The position numbers were made by a program, and so were the translations under genes. Below are positions 38,954 through 46,703 of a stretch of DNA of 64,000 nt, one piece after another. A model generated the notes under the pieces. It saw only the letters and a program-made list of their open reading frames with translations. It was not told where the DNA came from and made no database searches. The first letter of the stretch is position 1, and each line of letters opens with the position of its first letter. Source of the DNA: Nostoc sp. (GTDB taxonomy: Bacteria > Cyanobacteriota > Cyanobacteriia > Cyanobacteriales > Nostocaceae); contig JBALDB010000069.1 of NCBI GenBank assembly GCA_036918135.1, forward strand, positions 1-64,000, read 5' to 3'.

Positions 38954-39351
38954 TGACTGATGACTGATGAGTGTTGACTGATGAGTGTGAACAGTAGGAT
39001 ATTTTTTAGAAAGGAAGTCTTTAGTATGTCACAGCGTAAATAGAGCATCGAATCCGAAGGGTTAGTAAGACTTATATGACACTCGCGAGCTGCGAAAATA
39101 GCCGTTTTAGACATTATTTGGCAAGACTACATCGTAAAACTTTTTGTTACTCTAAGTCCGAGGAAATGCTTAAGCTATCTATTCGATTAGTAATACATTA
39201 TCTCAAATACGGTTTCGTAGTGGTGCGGCACGTAGCGTCCGCTTTTCTTGAGGCGATCGCATGATTCATACTTGGATTCAGCAACGCTAAAAAACATCCC
39301 ACTGTTCACACTCAACGGTCAACACTCATCAGTCAACAGTTATCAGTCGAC
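38954..39351. repeat. Long imperfect inverted repeat built from TGACTGA-type units, flanking an IS1 remnant
   Basis: Left arm ...TGAGTGTGAACAGTAGGATATTTTTTAG (ends 39009) mirrors right arm CTAAAAAACATCCCACTGTTCACACTCA... (starts 39287). Confidence 0.75.
39061..39287 (+). mobile_element. IS1-family transposase (InsB C-terminus) remnant with right end
   Basis: VSKTYMT....ENSRFRHYLARLHRKTFCYSKSEEMLKLSIRL.IHYLK; ends TTCAGCAACGC. Confidence 0.85.
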
Positions 39352-39499
39352 ACTCCCTATGCCCATAATTTAAAATCCTGCCAAACGATGAGAAGTTATC
39401 AAACTCAAGGATGATGAGTAGTTAGCAATTAAATTGACAAAATAACTCTATAAAGAGTGATATTTAAGCAGTAGATAGCGCTTGTAAAGGATAAGGGGC

Positions 39500-39973
39500 A
39501 TGATTAAATCTTGGATGGTGATTGGGGGTGTGGCTTTCTTAGTTGCCCTAGCAGCTAACGTGATTACACCTAGCGATCGCCAGTGGTTCAAGCGCTTACA
39601 ACGACCAAGATGGCTAACTTTTGAGGCCGCAATTCCACTTATTTGGACTGTAATATTTATTTGCGGTGCTTGGTCGGCTTACATTATCTGGGAAAAAAAT
39701 CCAGGAACCACTCCAACCTGGTTAATCATGGGTTTATATCTGCTGTTAGAAATTATCACCATTGCCTATACACCCGTAATGTTTAGGCTTCGCAGCCTAA
39801 AAGTAGGCACAATTCTCGGTGGCGCAGGTTTTATTATTAGTATTTTATTGATACTTGCAGTCTTAACTGTTTCTGGTTGGGCAGCACTGTTACTAGTTCC
39901 TTATTTGCTCTGGAGTCCTATTGGAACTTATACCACTTGGCAGATGGCTAGTCTCAACCCTCAAGATGCCTAA
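39500..39973 (+). CDS. tspO: TspO/MBR family tryptophan-rich sensory protein
   Basis: WFKRLQRPRWL, IWTVIF, LLVPYLLW. Confidence 0.9.
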   Translation: MIKSWMVIGGVAFLVALAANVITPSDRQWFKRLQRPRWLTFEAAIPLIWTVIFICGAWSAYIIWEKNPGTTPTWLIMGLYLLLEIITIAYTPVMFRLRSLKVGTILGGAGFIISILLILAVLTVSGWAALLLVPYLLWSPIGTYTTWQMASLNPQDA

Positions 39974-40062
39974 GATTAGCACCAGCGAATGATTTAACAT
40001 ATCCTCTAAATTGTCAGACTTGCAGTGTAGGACTTGACAAAATACACAAGCAAGAGTGCAAT

Positions 40063-40536
40063 ATGATTCCATCTTGGATAATAATTGGGGCTGTAAGTTT
40101 CTTGGTTGCCCTTGGTAGTTTCTTCATTACACCGCGTGATGTTAAATGGTTCGCACAGTTAAGTCGTCCTCGCTGGCTAGTTTTTGAGCCGCTGATTCCA
40201 TTCATCTGGACTGTGATTTTTATTTGTGGTGCAGCTTCAGCTAGTATTGTCTGGCAAAAAAATCCAGGAAGCATAATTACTTGGCTGTTGATGGCTTTAT
40301 ATCTTTTGGTGGAAATTATCACCGTCGCCTACATACCTCTAATGCTGAGGTTTCGCAGTCTCAAAGTTGGGGAAATTCTCGGAGTATTCGGTTTAATTAG
40401 TGCCGTTGTCCTTGGTATCTGCGTTTTGCCGATTTCTCAATTAGCAGCGCTATTACTACTTCCTTATCTAATTTGGACTCCCATTGGGACTTACACCACA
40501 GAAGAGTTAAAGGAATTAAATCCTCAAGATGCTTGA
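40063..40536 (+). CDS. tspO: TspO/MBR family protein, tandem paralog
   Basis: WFAQLSRPRWL, IWTVIF, LLLPYLIW; same 157-aa length and LNPQDA end as the upstream gene. Confidence 0.9.
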   Translation: MIPSWIIIGAVSFLVALGSFFITPRDVKWFAQLSRPRWLVFEPLIPFIWTVIFICGAASASIVWQKNPGSIITWLLMALYLLVEIITVAYIPLMLRFRSLKVGEILGVFGLISAVVLGICVLPISQLAALLLLPYLIWTPIGTYTTEELKELNPQDA

Positions 40537-40554
40537 AGAAGAATTCACCAATTA

Positions 40555-40591
40555 TGACGCCTTGGCGGAGCGTCTCCGGCTTTGCTCCTGA
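40555..40591. repeat. Small dispersed repeat (copy B)
   Basis: TGACGCCTTGGCGGAGCGTCTCCGGCTTTGCTCCTGA; inverted relative to 33862-33904. Confidence 0.7.
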
Positions 40592-40611
40592 ATTCTTTTG
40601 TGATAACGCAT

Positions 40612-41319
40612 TTAAACAAGACGCCCATAACGTGCGCTGACATGATTGGCTGGATTGGATTGATTATTCAGCCAAGCCCACATTTGATCGCCAAAAGAAA
40701 AATGCCACCATTCTCTAGGATTGCGTTGAAACCCTGCTTTGAACATTACATCCTGTAACAGCTGACGGCGAGCATGATATTCTTGTGCTTCTGGAGAATC
40801 GCTATCGCCATAAAAATCGGGATGCGATCGCTCTGACATTTCATCAATTAGCGAACCCATATTCACTATTTTCCCAGTATCATCTACTAGCGTCACATCC
40901 ACCGCAGCACCAGTACTGTGAGGAGGGGGAGTTTTTTCATCCAAACTCGGTACAGCCCAAATTTCATAAACCGCTTGCCAAATCTCTTGGCGTTGGTTTG
41001 GTAGTAATTCCGCCTTAGTTAATCCCCTTTCTTGTACTGCTTGCGCGAAGCTGTAATCTACCATAAACTGCTGGACTGCGATCGGGCGATAGCCATCAAA
41101 GATTTGAATTCGCCACTTGGAATGCAATGATTCCAGGTAATTTTGCGCTTGAATCAGATTTTCAATCGCGCTCTGACGGAGATAATAGGGAGAGCGATCG
41201 CCATAAGGCGCACCTAACTTTTCATAAGGATGGGGAGATTCCACCGCAAACAATTCTAAAGGAATCGCTACTAGCGGTTCACCACACTCAAAAATCGGGA
41301 TTTGATGATAAGGTCTCAT
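40612..41319 (-). CDS. D-Ala-D-Ala dipeptidase (M15D, VanX/DdpX family)
   Basis: IFDGYRP, PPHSTGAAVD zinc motif, EWWHF. Confidence 0.9.
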   Translation of the reverse strand: MRPYHQIPIFECGEPLVAIPLELFAVESPHPYEKLGAPYGDRSPYYLRQSAIENLIQAQNYLESLHSKWRIQIFDGYRPIAVQQFMVDYSFAQAVQERGLTKAELLPNQRQEIWQAVYEIWAVPSLDEKTPPPHSTGAAVDVTLVDDTGKIVNMGSLIDEMSERSHPDFYGDSDSPEAQEYHARRQLLQDVMFKAGFQRNPREWWHFSFGDQMWAWLNNQSNPANHVSARYGRLV

Positions 41320-41461
41320 CTAGTCAGCTACACAGGACTTACGAATTTTAACGCAAGCATAGCATTCTGTGTAACGATTCTCTTCTTCCTCCGTGTACTT
41401 TGCGCTGCGTGCAATACCAATTTTTCTTAAATTAATCGTGCCCGAAAAATGTAACAATACC

Positions 41462-41656
41462 ATAAGTAGATGGACAAAAATATTTACAGTCATTGCGAGC
41501 GAAGCGTACCACTTCGTGGAAGCAAGCTACGCGGAGCGTCTCGAAGAGAAGCAATTGCAAGGGCTGAGATTACTACCCTTCGGGAAGGCTTCGCCTACAT
41601 TCCGCTTCGCTCTATTCGCAATGATATTGTCTATTTAATTCTGTCCGACTACTTAT
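41462..41656. mobile_element. MITE-like element with nested hairpin and small repeats
   Basis: ATAAGTAGATGGACA / TGTCCGACTACTTAT ends; internal TCATTGCGA...TCGCAATGA hairpin interrupted by GGAAGCAAGCTACGC-type units. Confidence 0.7.
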
Positions 41657-41715
41657 ACCTTCTTCTCATTATTTAGGAAGATACTTGCACTAAAAATTAA
41701 TATAAAAAATCAAGT

Positions 41716-42027
41716 ATGGCAGATAAAACCAAAATTATTTCCTTTCAACTTTCTGACGGCAAAATAATTAAAATAGAGGTTACGCCTATAGGGGAACAAC
41801 CCGTTTCTGATGAAACCAGAGTTTTTAAACAAGCCACAGAAATTATTAAATCCATTGCTGAAGATGTCGCAGGTACATTAAAAGATATTAGCGAGACAGT
41901 CAAACCAGATAAATTTAGTGTCAAACTAGGTTTACAAATTGGAGTTGAGTCAGGACAACTAACCGCTTTAATTGTGAAAGGAACAGGCACAGCTAACCTG
42001 GAAATTATGATGGAATGGAGTAAATAA
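41716..42027 (+). CDS. Trypsin-co-occurring domain protein (Trypco1 / CU044_2847-like)
   Basis: 103 aa; KPDKFSVKLGLQIGVESGQLTALIVKGTGTANLEIMMEW; directly upstream of a trypsin-like gene. Confidence 0.8.
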   Translation: MADKTKIISFQLSDGKIIKIEVTPIGEQPVSDETRVFKQATEIIKSIAEDVAGTLKDISETVKPDKFSVKLGLQIGVESGQLTALIVKGTGTANLEIMMEWSK

Positions 42028-42087
42028 CAGTTGATTGTCTTACGGTTGTGGTAATCTTTTTACAAAGATGCTACGTGAGAGCAATTA

Positions 42088-43683
42088 ATGGGTAACGAAG
42101 ACTATTTACAACGCTGTACAGTGCGTTTAAATGTTGCCAGTAGTCAGGGAACAGGTTTTTTTGTTGCACAAAATTGCATTCTCACCTGCGCCCATGTGGT
42201 TGAATCTGCAAAAAACAACCCTGTACAAGTATTTTGGAAAGCAGGAAACCAGAATTACACAGCTAAAGTTACGCAATTATACGAATATCCCCTTGATTTA
42301 GCCCTTTTACAACTGGACGAGGATTGTTTGCATCATCCCTGTGTTGAATTGGATGACACAAAACCCAATACCAATGATGATTTATATATTTTCGGTTATC
42401 CCAAGAATAGCGAAGTTGATTATTCACAGGGAGATTCAGCAAGCTTTAAATATGAAGGAATAAGTTTTAAACAGGATATTATTCTCTATAAGTTAAAGCA
42501 AGGGCAAGTTATCTCAGGCTTTAGTGGATCGCCTTTGTTAAATTTACGAAGAGGTAAAGTTTGTGGAATTGTGCATCTTTCCCGTGATGAGGATAACGAT
42601 TTAGGTGGGCGGGCAGTTTCTGCTCAAGTTATTGTGCAACAGTTTCCCGAAATTGCCTTACTTAATCAACAATTTCATCAGATAAAGCCCAAAGGTGATA
42701 ATCCATTTGAATATGGTCTTCCTGTTCCTCCACAACGTTTTTACGGACGGAGAAAAGAGATTTTAGAGATTAAAAACCGTATTGGCGCGATTAGTCCTCA
42801 ATGTGTTAATTTGGTAGGCTTGCGGCGTAATGGGAAAACCTCTTTATTGCGATATATCAGAGAAAGAATCAACGAATTTTGTTCGCCAATACAAAAGCCT
42901 TTAGTTGTTTTCTTAGATTTAACGAATGGGAATTTTCATACTCCAGAGGGGATTATTGAAGGCTTAAGGCGAGGGATTCACAAACTAACAGGGAATTATC
43001 CTTGGTCAAAGGAAGATAATGAAGATGGCTTTGCAGTAGAAGATAGCTTACAGGTATTAGTAGATGAAGGGTATCGTTTAATTATTTTGTTGGATGAGTT
43101 TGAAGCCATTGCTAGTAAAAAAGATAGATTGGAATTGTTTCAAGATTGGGGAGAAGATTGGCGTTCTAAGGCTTGTGCAGGTTTATTAACAATGGTAATT
43201 GCCAGCAAACGCCCTCTTAATGAAGTTTACGAAACTTTGAGTCTGGGTTCTCCCTTTTCCAATATTTTCAGTACGACTATTTTAGGGGCATTAGAAAAGG
43301 AAGCTTGGCAAAGCATCATCCAGAAAGGACAGAAAGAATTTCCGCCTAATTCTGTGGTATTACAATGGGTGGATGAGTTAGCAGGAGGGTTGCCCTATTA
43401 TGTGCAGATGGCGGGAGCGATGTTGTGGCAATATGGGAATCAACAAATAGCTAAAAATGAGTTTAATTTTCAAGCAAAGCCTCGTTTTGAAGAACTTTGG
43501 AAAGATTTAACAGAAGTTGAACGTTTAGCATTGCGTTATGAGTTGGGAGGGGGTAATTTACCTACTCTCGATTTAGCAATTGTAGATCAGCTTCAGCGTC
43601 ATGGTTTATTACGGAACAATGGGGGTTTATTTAGCAGTGTTTTTGCAGAGTTTGTCAAACAAAGAGCAAAGATAAAACAATAA
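42088..43683 (+). CDS. Trypsin-like serine protease fused to a STAND-like P-loop ATPase
   Basis: GTGFFV, LTCAHVV (His), DLALL (Asp), GFSGSPL (Ser); NPFEYG.PV...FYGR, GLRRNGKTS, LLDEFE, GGLPYYVQ. Confidence 0.88.
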   Translation: MGNEDYLQRCTVRLNVASSQGTGFFVAQNCILTCAHVVESAKNNPVQVFWKAGNQNYTAKVTQLYEYPLDLALLQLDEDCLHHPCVELDDTKPNTNDDLYIFGYPKNSEVDYSQGDSASFKYEGISFKQDIILYKLKQGQVISGFSGSPLLNLRRGKVCGIVHLSRDEDNDLGGRAVSAQVIVQQFPEIALLNQQFHQIKPKGDNPFEYGLPVPPQRFYGRRKEILEIKNRIGAISPQCVNLVGLRRNGKTSLLRYIRERINEFCSPIQKPLVVFLDLTNGNFHTPEGIIEGLRRGIHKLTGNYPWSKEDNEDGFAVEDSLQVLVDEGYRLIILLDEFEAIASKKDRLELFQDWGEDWRSKACAGLLTMVIASKRPLNEVYETLSLGSPFSNIFSTTILGALEKEAWQSIIQKGQKEFPPNSVVLQWVDELAGGLPYYVQMAGAMLWQYGNQQIAKNEFNFQAKPRFEELWKDLTEVERLALRYELGGGNLPTLDLAIVDQLQRHGLLRNNGGLFSSVFAEFVKQRAKIKQ

Positions 43684-43712
43684 GTCAAATATTTAAACAT
43701 TAAATATAAAAA

Positions 43713-46652
43713 ATGTTGCTATTTTTGCAAGAAACTTGGGAATTATTTTGGTGGGCAACTTTTTGTCCTTCAAGACTTCAGCAACGAATGAATGAATGGC
43801 CGCCTCAAAAAGAAACATATGGAAACAGACCAGCAGACACAAGTTTTTTTGATATTTTAGTTTTCGGAAACTCACGATTTTTTTGTCAGTATTTATTACT
43901 ATTATTTTTTTTTAATATCCCTGTGATTTTAAAGCTAATTGAGCGTAATCAATTATTAGATTGGTTACAGTTACCTTGTTTAATGTTAATTGCTTATATA
44001 ACAGGAGTTTTATTTTTACCTTTAGGATTGGTTATCCCCTTGTTGTGGTTGATAGTTGTATTAAATCAGCCTGATAGCTGGTTAAAGGGCTTAATAGAAG
44101 CTATTAAAGTTTCACTTCCTTTATCTCAGATAGGGATAGGTCTTGCAGTTTTTGGAGTATGTATATCATTAACTGTTTGGTTAATGTTCCAATCTTCAGC
44201 AATAGAACATCTTTCCCTTGCTCATAATGTGATGGTGGTGGGAGGAACAATCAGTGTGATGTTAGAAGTGATGTTAGGAGCGTGGTTAGCAACTCAAAAC
44301 TGGTTGTTTATGTTGTTAATAAGTGGAATAACAGGCTTTTTGCTATTTCAAATAAGAGAAACTACTATAAAAAATAGTGATGATGATGGTGATGATGGTC
44401 GCGTGACGGGGGCGGGATTCTTCGCGGGAGCCTGGGCGGGAATCGTGGCGCTCGTCGTGGCGTTCGTCTTGGCGCTCGTCTGGGCGGGAGTCTTGGCGGG
44501 AGTCGTGGCGGCACTCGTGGCGTTCGGCGTGGCGGCACTCGTGGCGTTCGGCGTGGCGCTCGTCTGGGCGGCACTCGTGGGGGTCGCCTGGGCGGGAATC
44601 GTGGCGGGAGTCGTGACGGGAGTCGTGGCGGGAGTCGTGGCGGGAGTCGTGGCGGGAGTCGTGGCGGGAGTTGCTACTTTATCGCTTAGTTCGTTTTTGA
44701 TTATTGCAAGTTTAATCGCTTTTGCTCTTGCACCAGCAAAAGATAATATAGTTTTTATCATCACTACAGTGATTTTAACAGCTCTTTCTGCCCAAAATTT
44801 AAGATGGCTTTCAGCATTAATTATCCCTGTAACCTTAGTCAGCTATTACAGAATATTTCCGGATTATAGCTTTATCTTTTTAGGTAGTTATTATACATAC
44901 TTTAATTCTTTACTAAAACTTTTCGGATTTTCAGATTCAACAATTAGGCGGTTCCGTCCCCAAACAGAAAAAATACTTTTTCAATTACCTCCTTACACTA
45001 GCGAACTCCTGTGGATACCTTTACCTAATCATGCTCAACTTCTTGTTTCTGAATTTCGTGAAAGACCTCAACAAGCCTTAAAAATCTTTCAATATACCCA
45101 AACTTTTTCCTTACCAGGATTTCAAATAACCGTGCAAAATGCTTTACCACAAATTGTCGCCGACCAATTCAAGGAAATTCAAGATATTAAAAAACTAATT
45201 TATACTGCTACCTCAGACCATCCCATATTACCCTTCCTGATTTCTCCCTTCTATCACCTCGATTCTGAGAGCTACACCCCTACTCCACAAACACCTTTAC
45301 CAAAGGTTAAACCCGAACTTTCAATCCTTCTTCCTCGCTTGCAAACTATTATTCAAGATATTCAATCTGCACTTGAAAATCAAAATATACACCTACGAGA
45401 ACGAGGATTAGAACGAATCAATAACAAGCTTGTTCGATTACAACTCCAATTACCCTCTCTGGGACTTAAAGGCGAAGCTATCAAACGCTGGACACCTGTA
45501 CTGGAACATTGGCAAAGGGTTATTGAACTGGAACAAAATGAACAACGCAAACTCTCTCAAGGCGAACTAATCAACCCGTTCCAATTTGGAAATCCGGTGC
45601 GGCTTGACCAAAAAAACTTGTTTAAAGGTCGTCAGAAATTTGCCAATGAAATTATCCGTCGAGTTTTAGACCGTGACCGACCTACCCTTGTGCTGCATGG
45701 CCCCCGTCGCTGTGGTAAAACTTCCTTTTTATATAACTTTCCCCGCCTGCTTCCCAGTGATATTCTCCCCGTATTTGTGGATATGCAAAGTTCCGCCATT
45801 ACCACCAGCGAATCTGACTTGTGCTTTGGCTTAGTCCATGCAATTCATAAAGACTGCAAAAGTCAAGGCGTTCAATTACCAAACATTCCTAAACGCACCG
45901 ATTTTCAACCTAGTCCTTATACCACCTTAGAAGATTGGTTGGATGACGCATTTGCCCAAATCGGAGAACGGCGCATCCTTCTCAACCTTGATGAATTTGA
46001 AAAAATCGGTACCGCCATCCAAAACGGACAGATAACTTTACGTTTATTTGACGAACTGCGCCACTTAATTCAACATTACGAACAACTCGGTTTTCTCTTT
46101 TCCGGGGTGCAAACTTTAGAAGAATTAGGCCCAAATTGGAGTAGCTATTTTATCAGCGTTGTCCCGATAGAAATGCTTTATCTTGAACCTAACGAAGCCG
46201 AGGAATTACTGTTTAATCCAGATCCAGCTTTTGCACTGCGTTACGCTCCAGAGATTGTAGAAGAAGTATTAAAGCTTACCAATTGTCACCCTTACTGCCT
46301 ACAATTATTGGGCGCATCAATGGTAAATCAAGCTAACTTTAACCATACTGATTTTATTACTGCTGAACTCTTGCAAGCTTCTATTAATGACGCATTTACT
46401 TCCGGTCAACCTTATTTTACAAATATTTGGACAGAATTTACAGGAACTACACCAGAAGAAATGGTAATTGGTCAAGAATTATTATTACAAGTTGCCAAGA
46501 CAGATATTTCATTAGATATAACTACTGAAATTGCTGAAAAGGTATTAACCCGCCTGTTGCGTTATCATATTTTACACAAAATCAATGAAGGATATGATTT
46601 TGAAATTCCTCTGTTAAAACAATGGGTGAGAGAGCGTGCAGTAAAAAGCTAA
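43713..46652 (+). CDS. Multi-pass membrane protein with hydrophobic tetrapeptide array fused to a STAND-like ATPase
   Basis: About 400 aa hydrophobic N-terminus, helical linker, NPFQFGNPV...FKGR, GPRRCGKTS, LNLDEFE, NCHPYCLQ. Confidence 0.85.
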   Translation: MLLFLQETWELFWWATFCPSRLQQRMNEWPPQKETYGNRPADTSFFDILVFGNSRFFCQYLLLLFFFNIPVILKLIERNQLLDWLQLPCLMLIAYITGVLFLPLGLVIPLLWLIVVLNQPDSWLKGLIEAIKVSLPLSQIGIGLAVFGVCISLTVWLMFQSSAIEHLSLAHNVMVVGGTISVMLEVMLGAWLATQNWLFMLLISGITGFLLFQIRETTIKNSDDDGDDGRVTGAGFFAGAWAGIVALVVAFVLALVWAGVLAGVVAALVAFGVAALVAFGVALVWAALVGVAWAGIVAGVVTGVVAGVVAGVVAGVVAGVATLSLSSFLIIASLIAFALAPAKDNIVFIITTVILTALSAQNLRWLSALIIPVTLVSYYRIFPDYSFIFLGSYYTYFNSLLKLFGFSDSTIRRFRPQTEKILFQLPPYTSELLWIPLPNHAQLLVSEFRERPQQALKIFQYTQTFSLPGFQITVQNALPQIVADQFKEIQDIKKLIYTATSDHPILPFLISPFYHLDSESYTPTPQTPLPKVKPELSILLPRLQTIIQDIQSALENQNIHLRERGLERINNKLVRLQLQLPSLGLKGEAIKRWTPVLEHWQRVIELEQNEQRKLSQGELINPFQFGNPVRLDQKNLFKGRQKFANEIIRRVLDRDRPTLVLHGPRRCGKTSFLYNFPRLLPSDILPVFVDMQSSAITTSESDLCFGLVHAIHKDCKSQGVQLPNIPKRTDFQPSPYTTLEDWLDDAFAQIGERRILLNLDEFEKIGTAIQNGQITLRLFDELRHLIQHYEQLGFLFSGVQTLEELGPNWSSYFISVVPIEMLYLEPNEAEELLFNPDPAFALRYAPEIVEEVLKLTNCHPYCLQLLGASMVNQANFNHTDFITAELLQASINDAFTSGQPYFTNIWTEFTGTTPEEMVIGQELLLQVAKTDISLDITTEIAEKVLTRLLRYHILHKINEGYDFEIPLLKQWVRERAVKS
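44412..44675 (+). repeat. 22 x 12-bp in-frame tandem array (consensus GCGGGAGTCGTG, AGVV)
   Basis: Units encode AGFF AGAW AGIV ALVV AFVL ALVW AGVL AGVV AALV AFGV AALV AFGV ALVW AALV GVAW AGIV AGVV TGVV AGVV AGVV AGVV AGVA. Confidence 0.92.
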
Positions 46653-46703
46653 TTATTTTATAAATATGCCCTAACAGAATCATTAATGGTTTGTTTTATT
46701 TAA

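Noticed and set aside
41393..41676. Two short ORFs upstream of Trypco1
   Set aside because: Derived from the nested repeat element
44412..44675. Possible CRISPR array or DGR variable region
   Set aside because: Units are contiguous 12-mers without spacers; no cas genes, reverse transcriptase or template repeat seen in the window
44348..44764. Minus-strand ORFs rich in TPAT / PPR repeats
   Set aside because: Antisense shadows of the 12-bp array in the plus-strand ATPase gene
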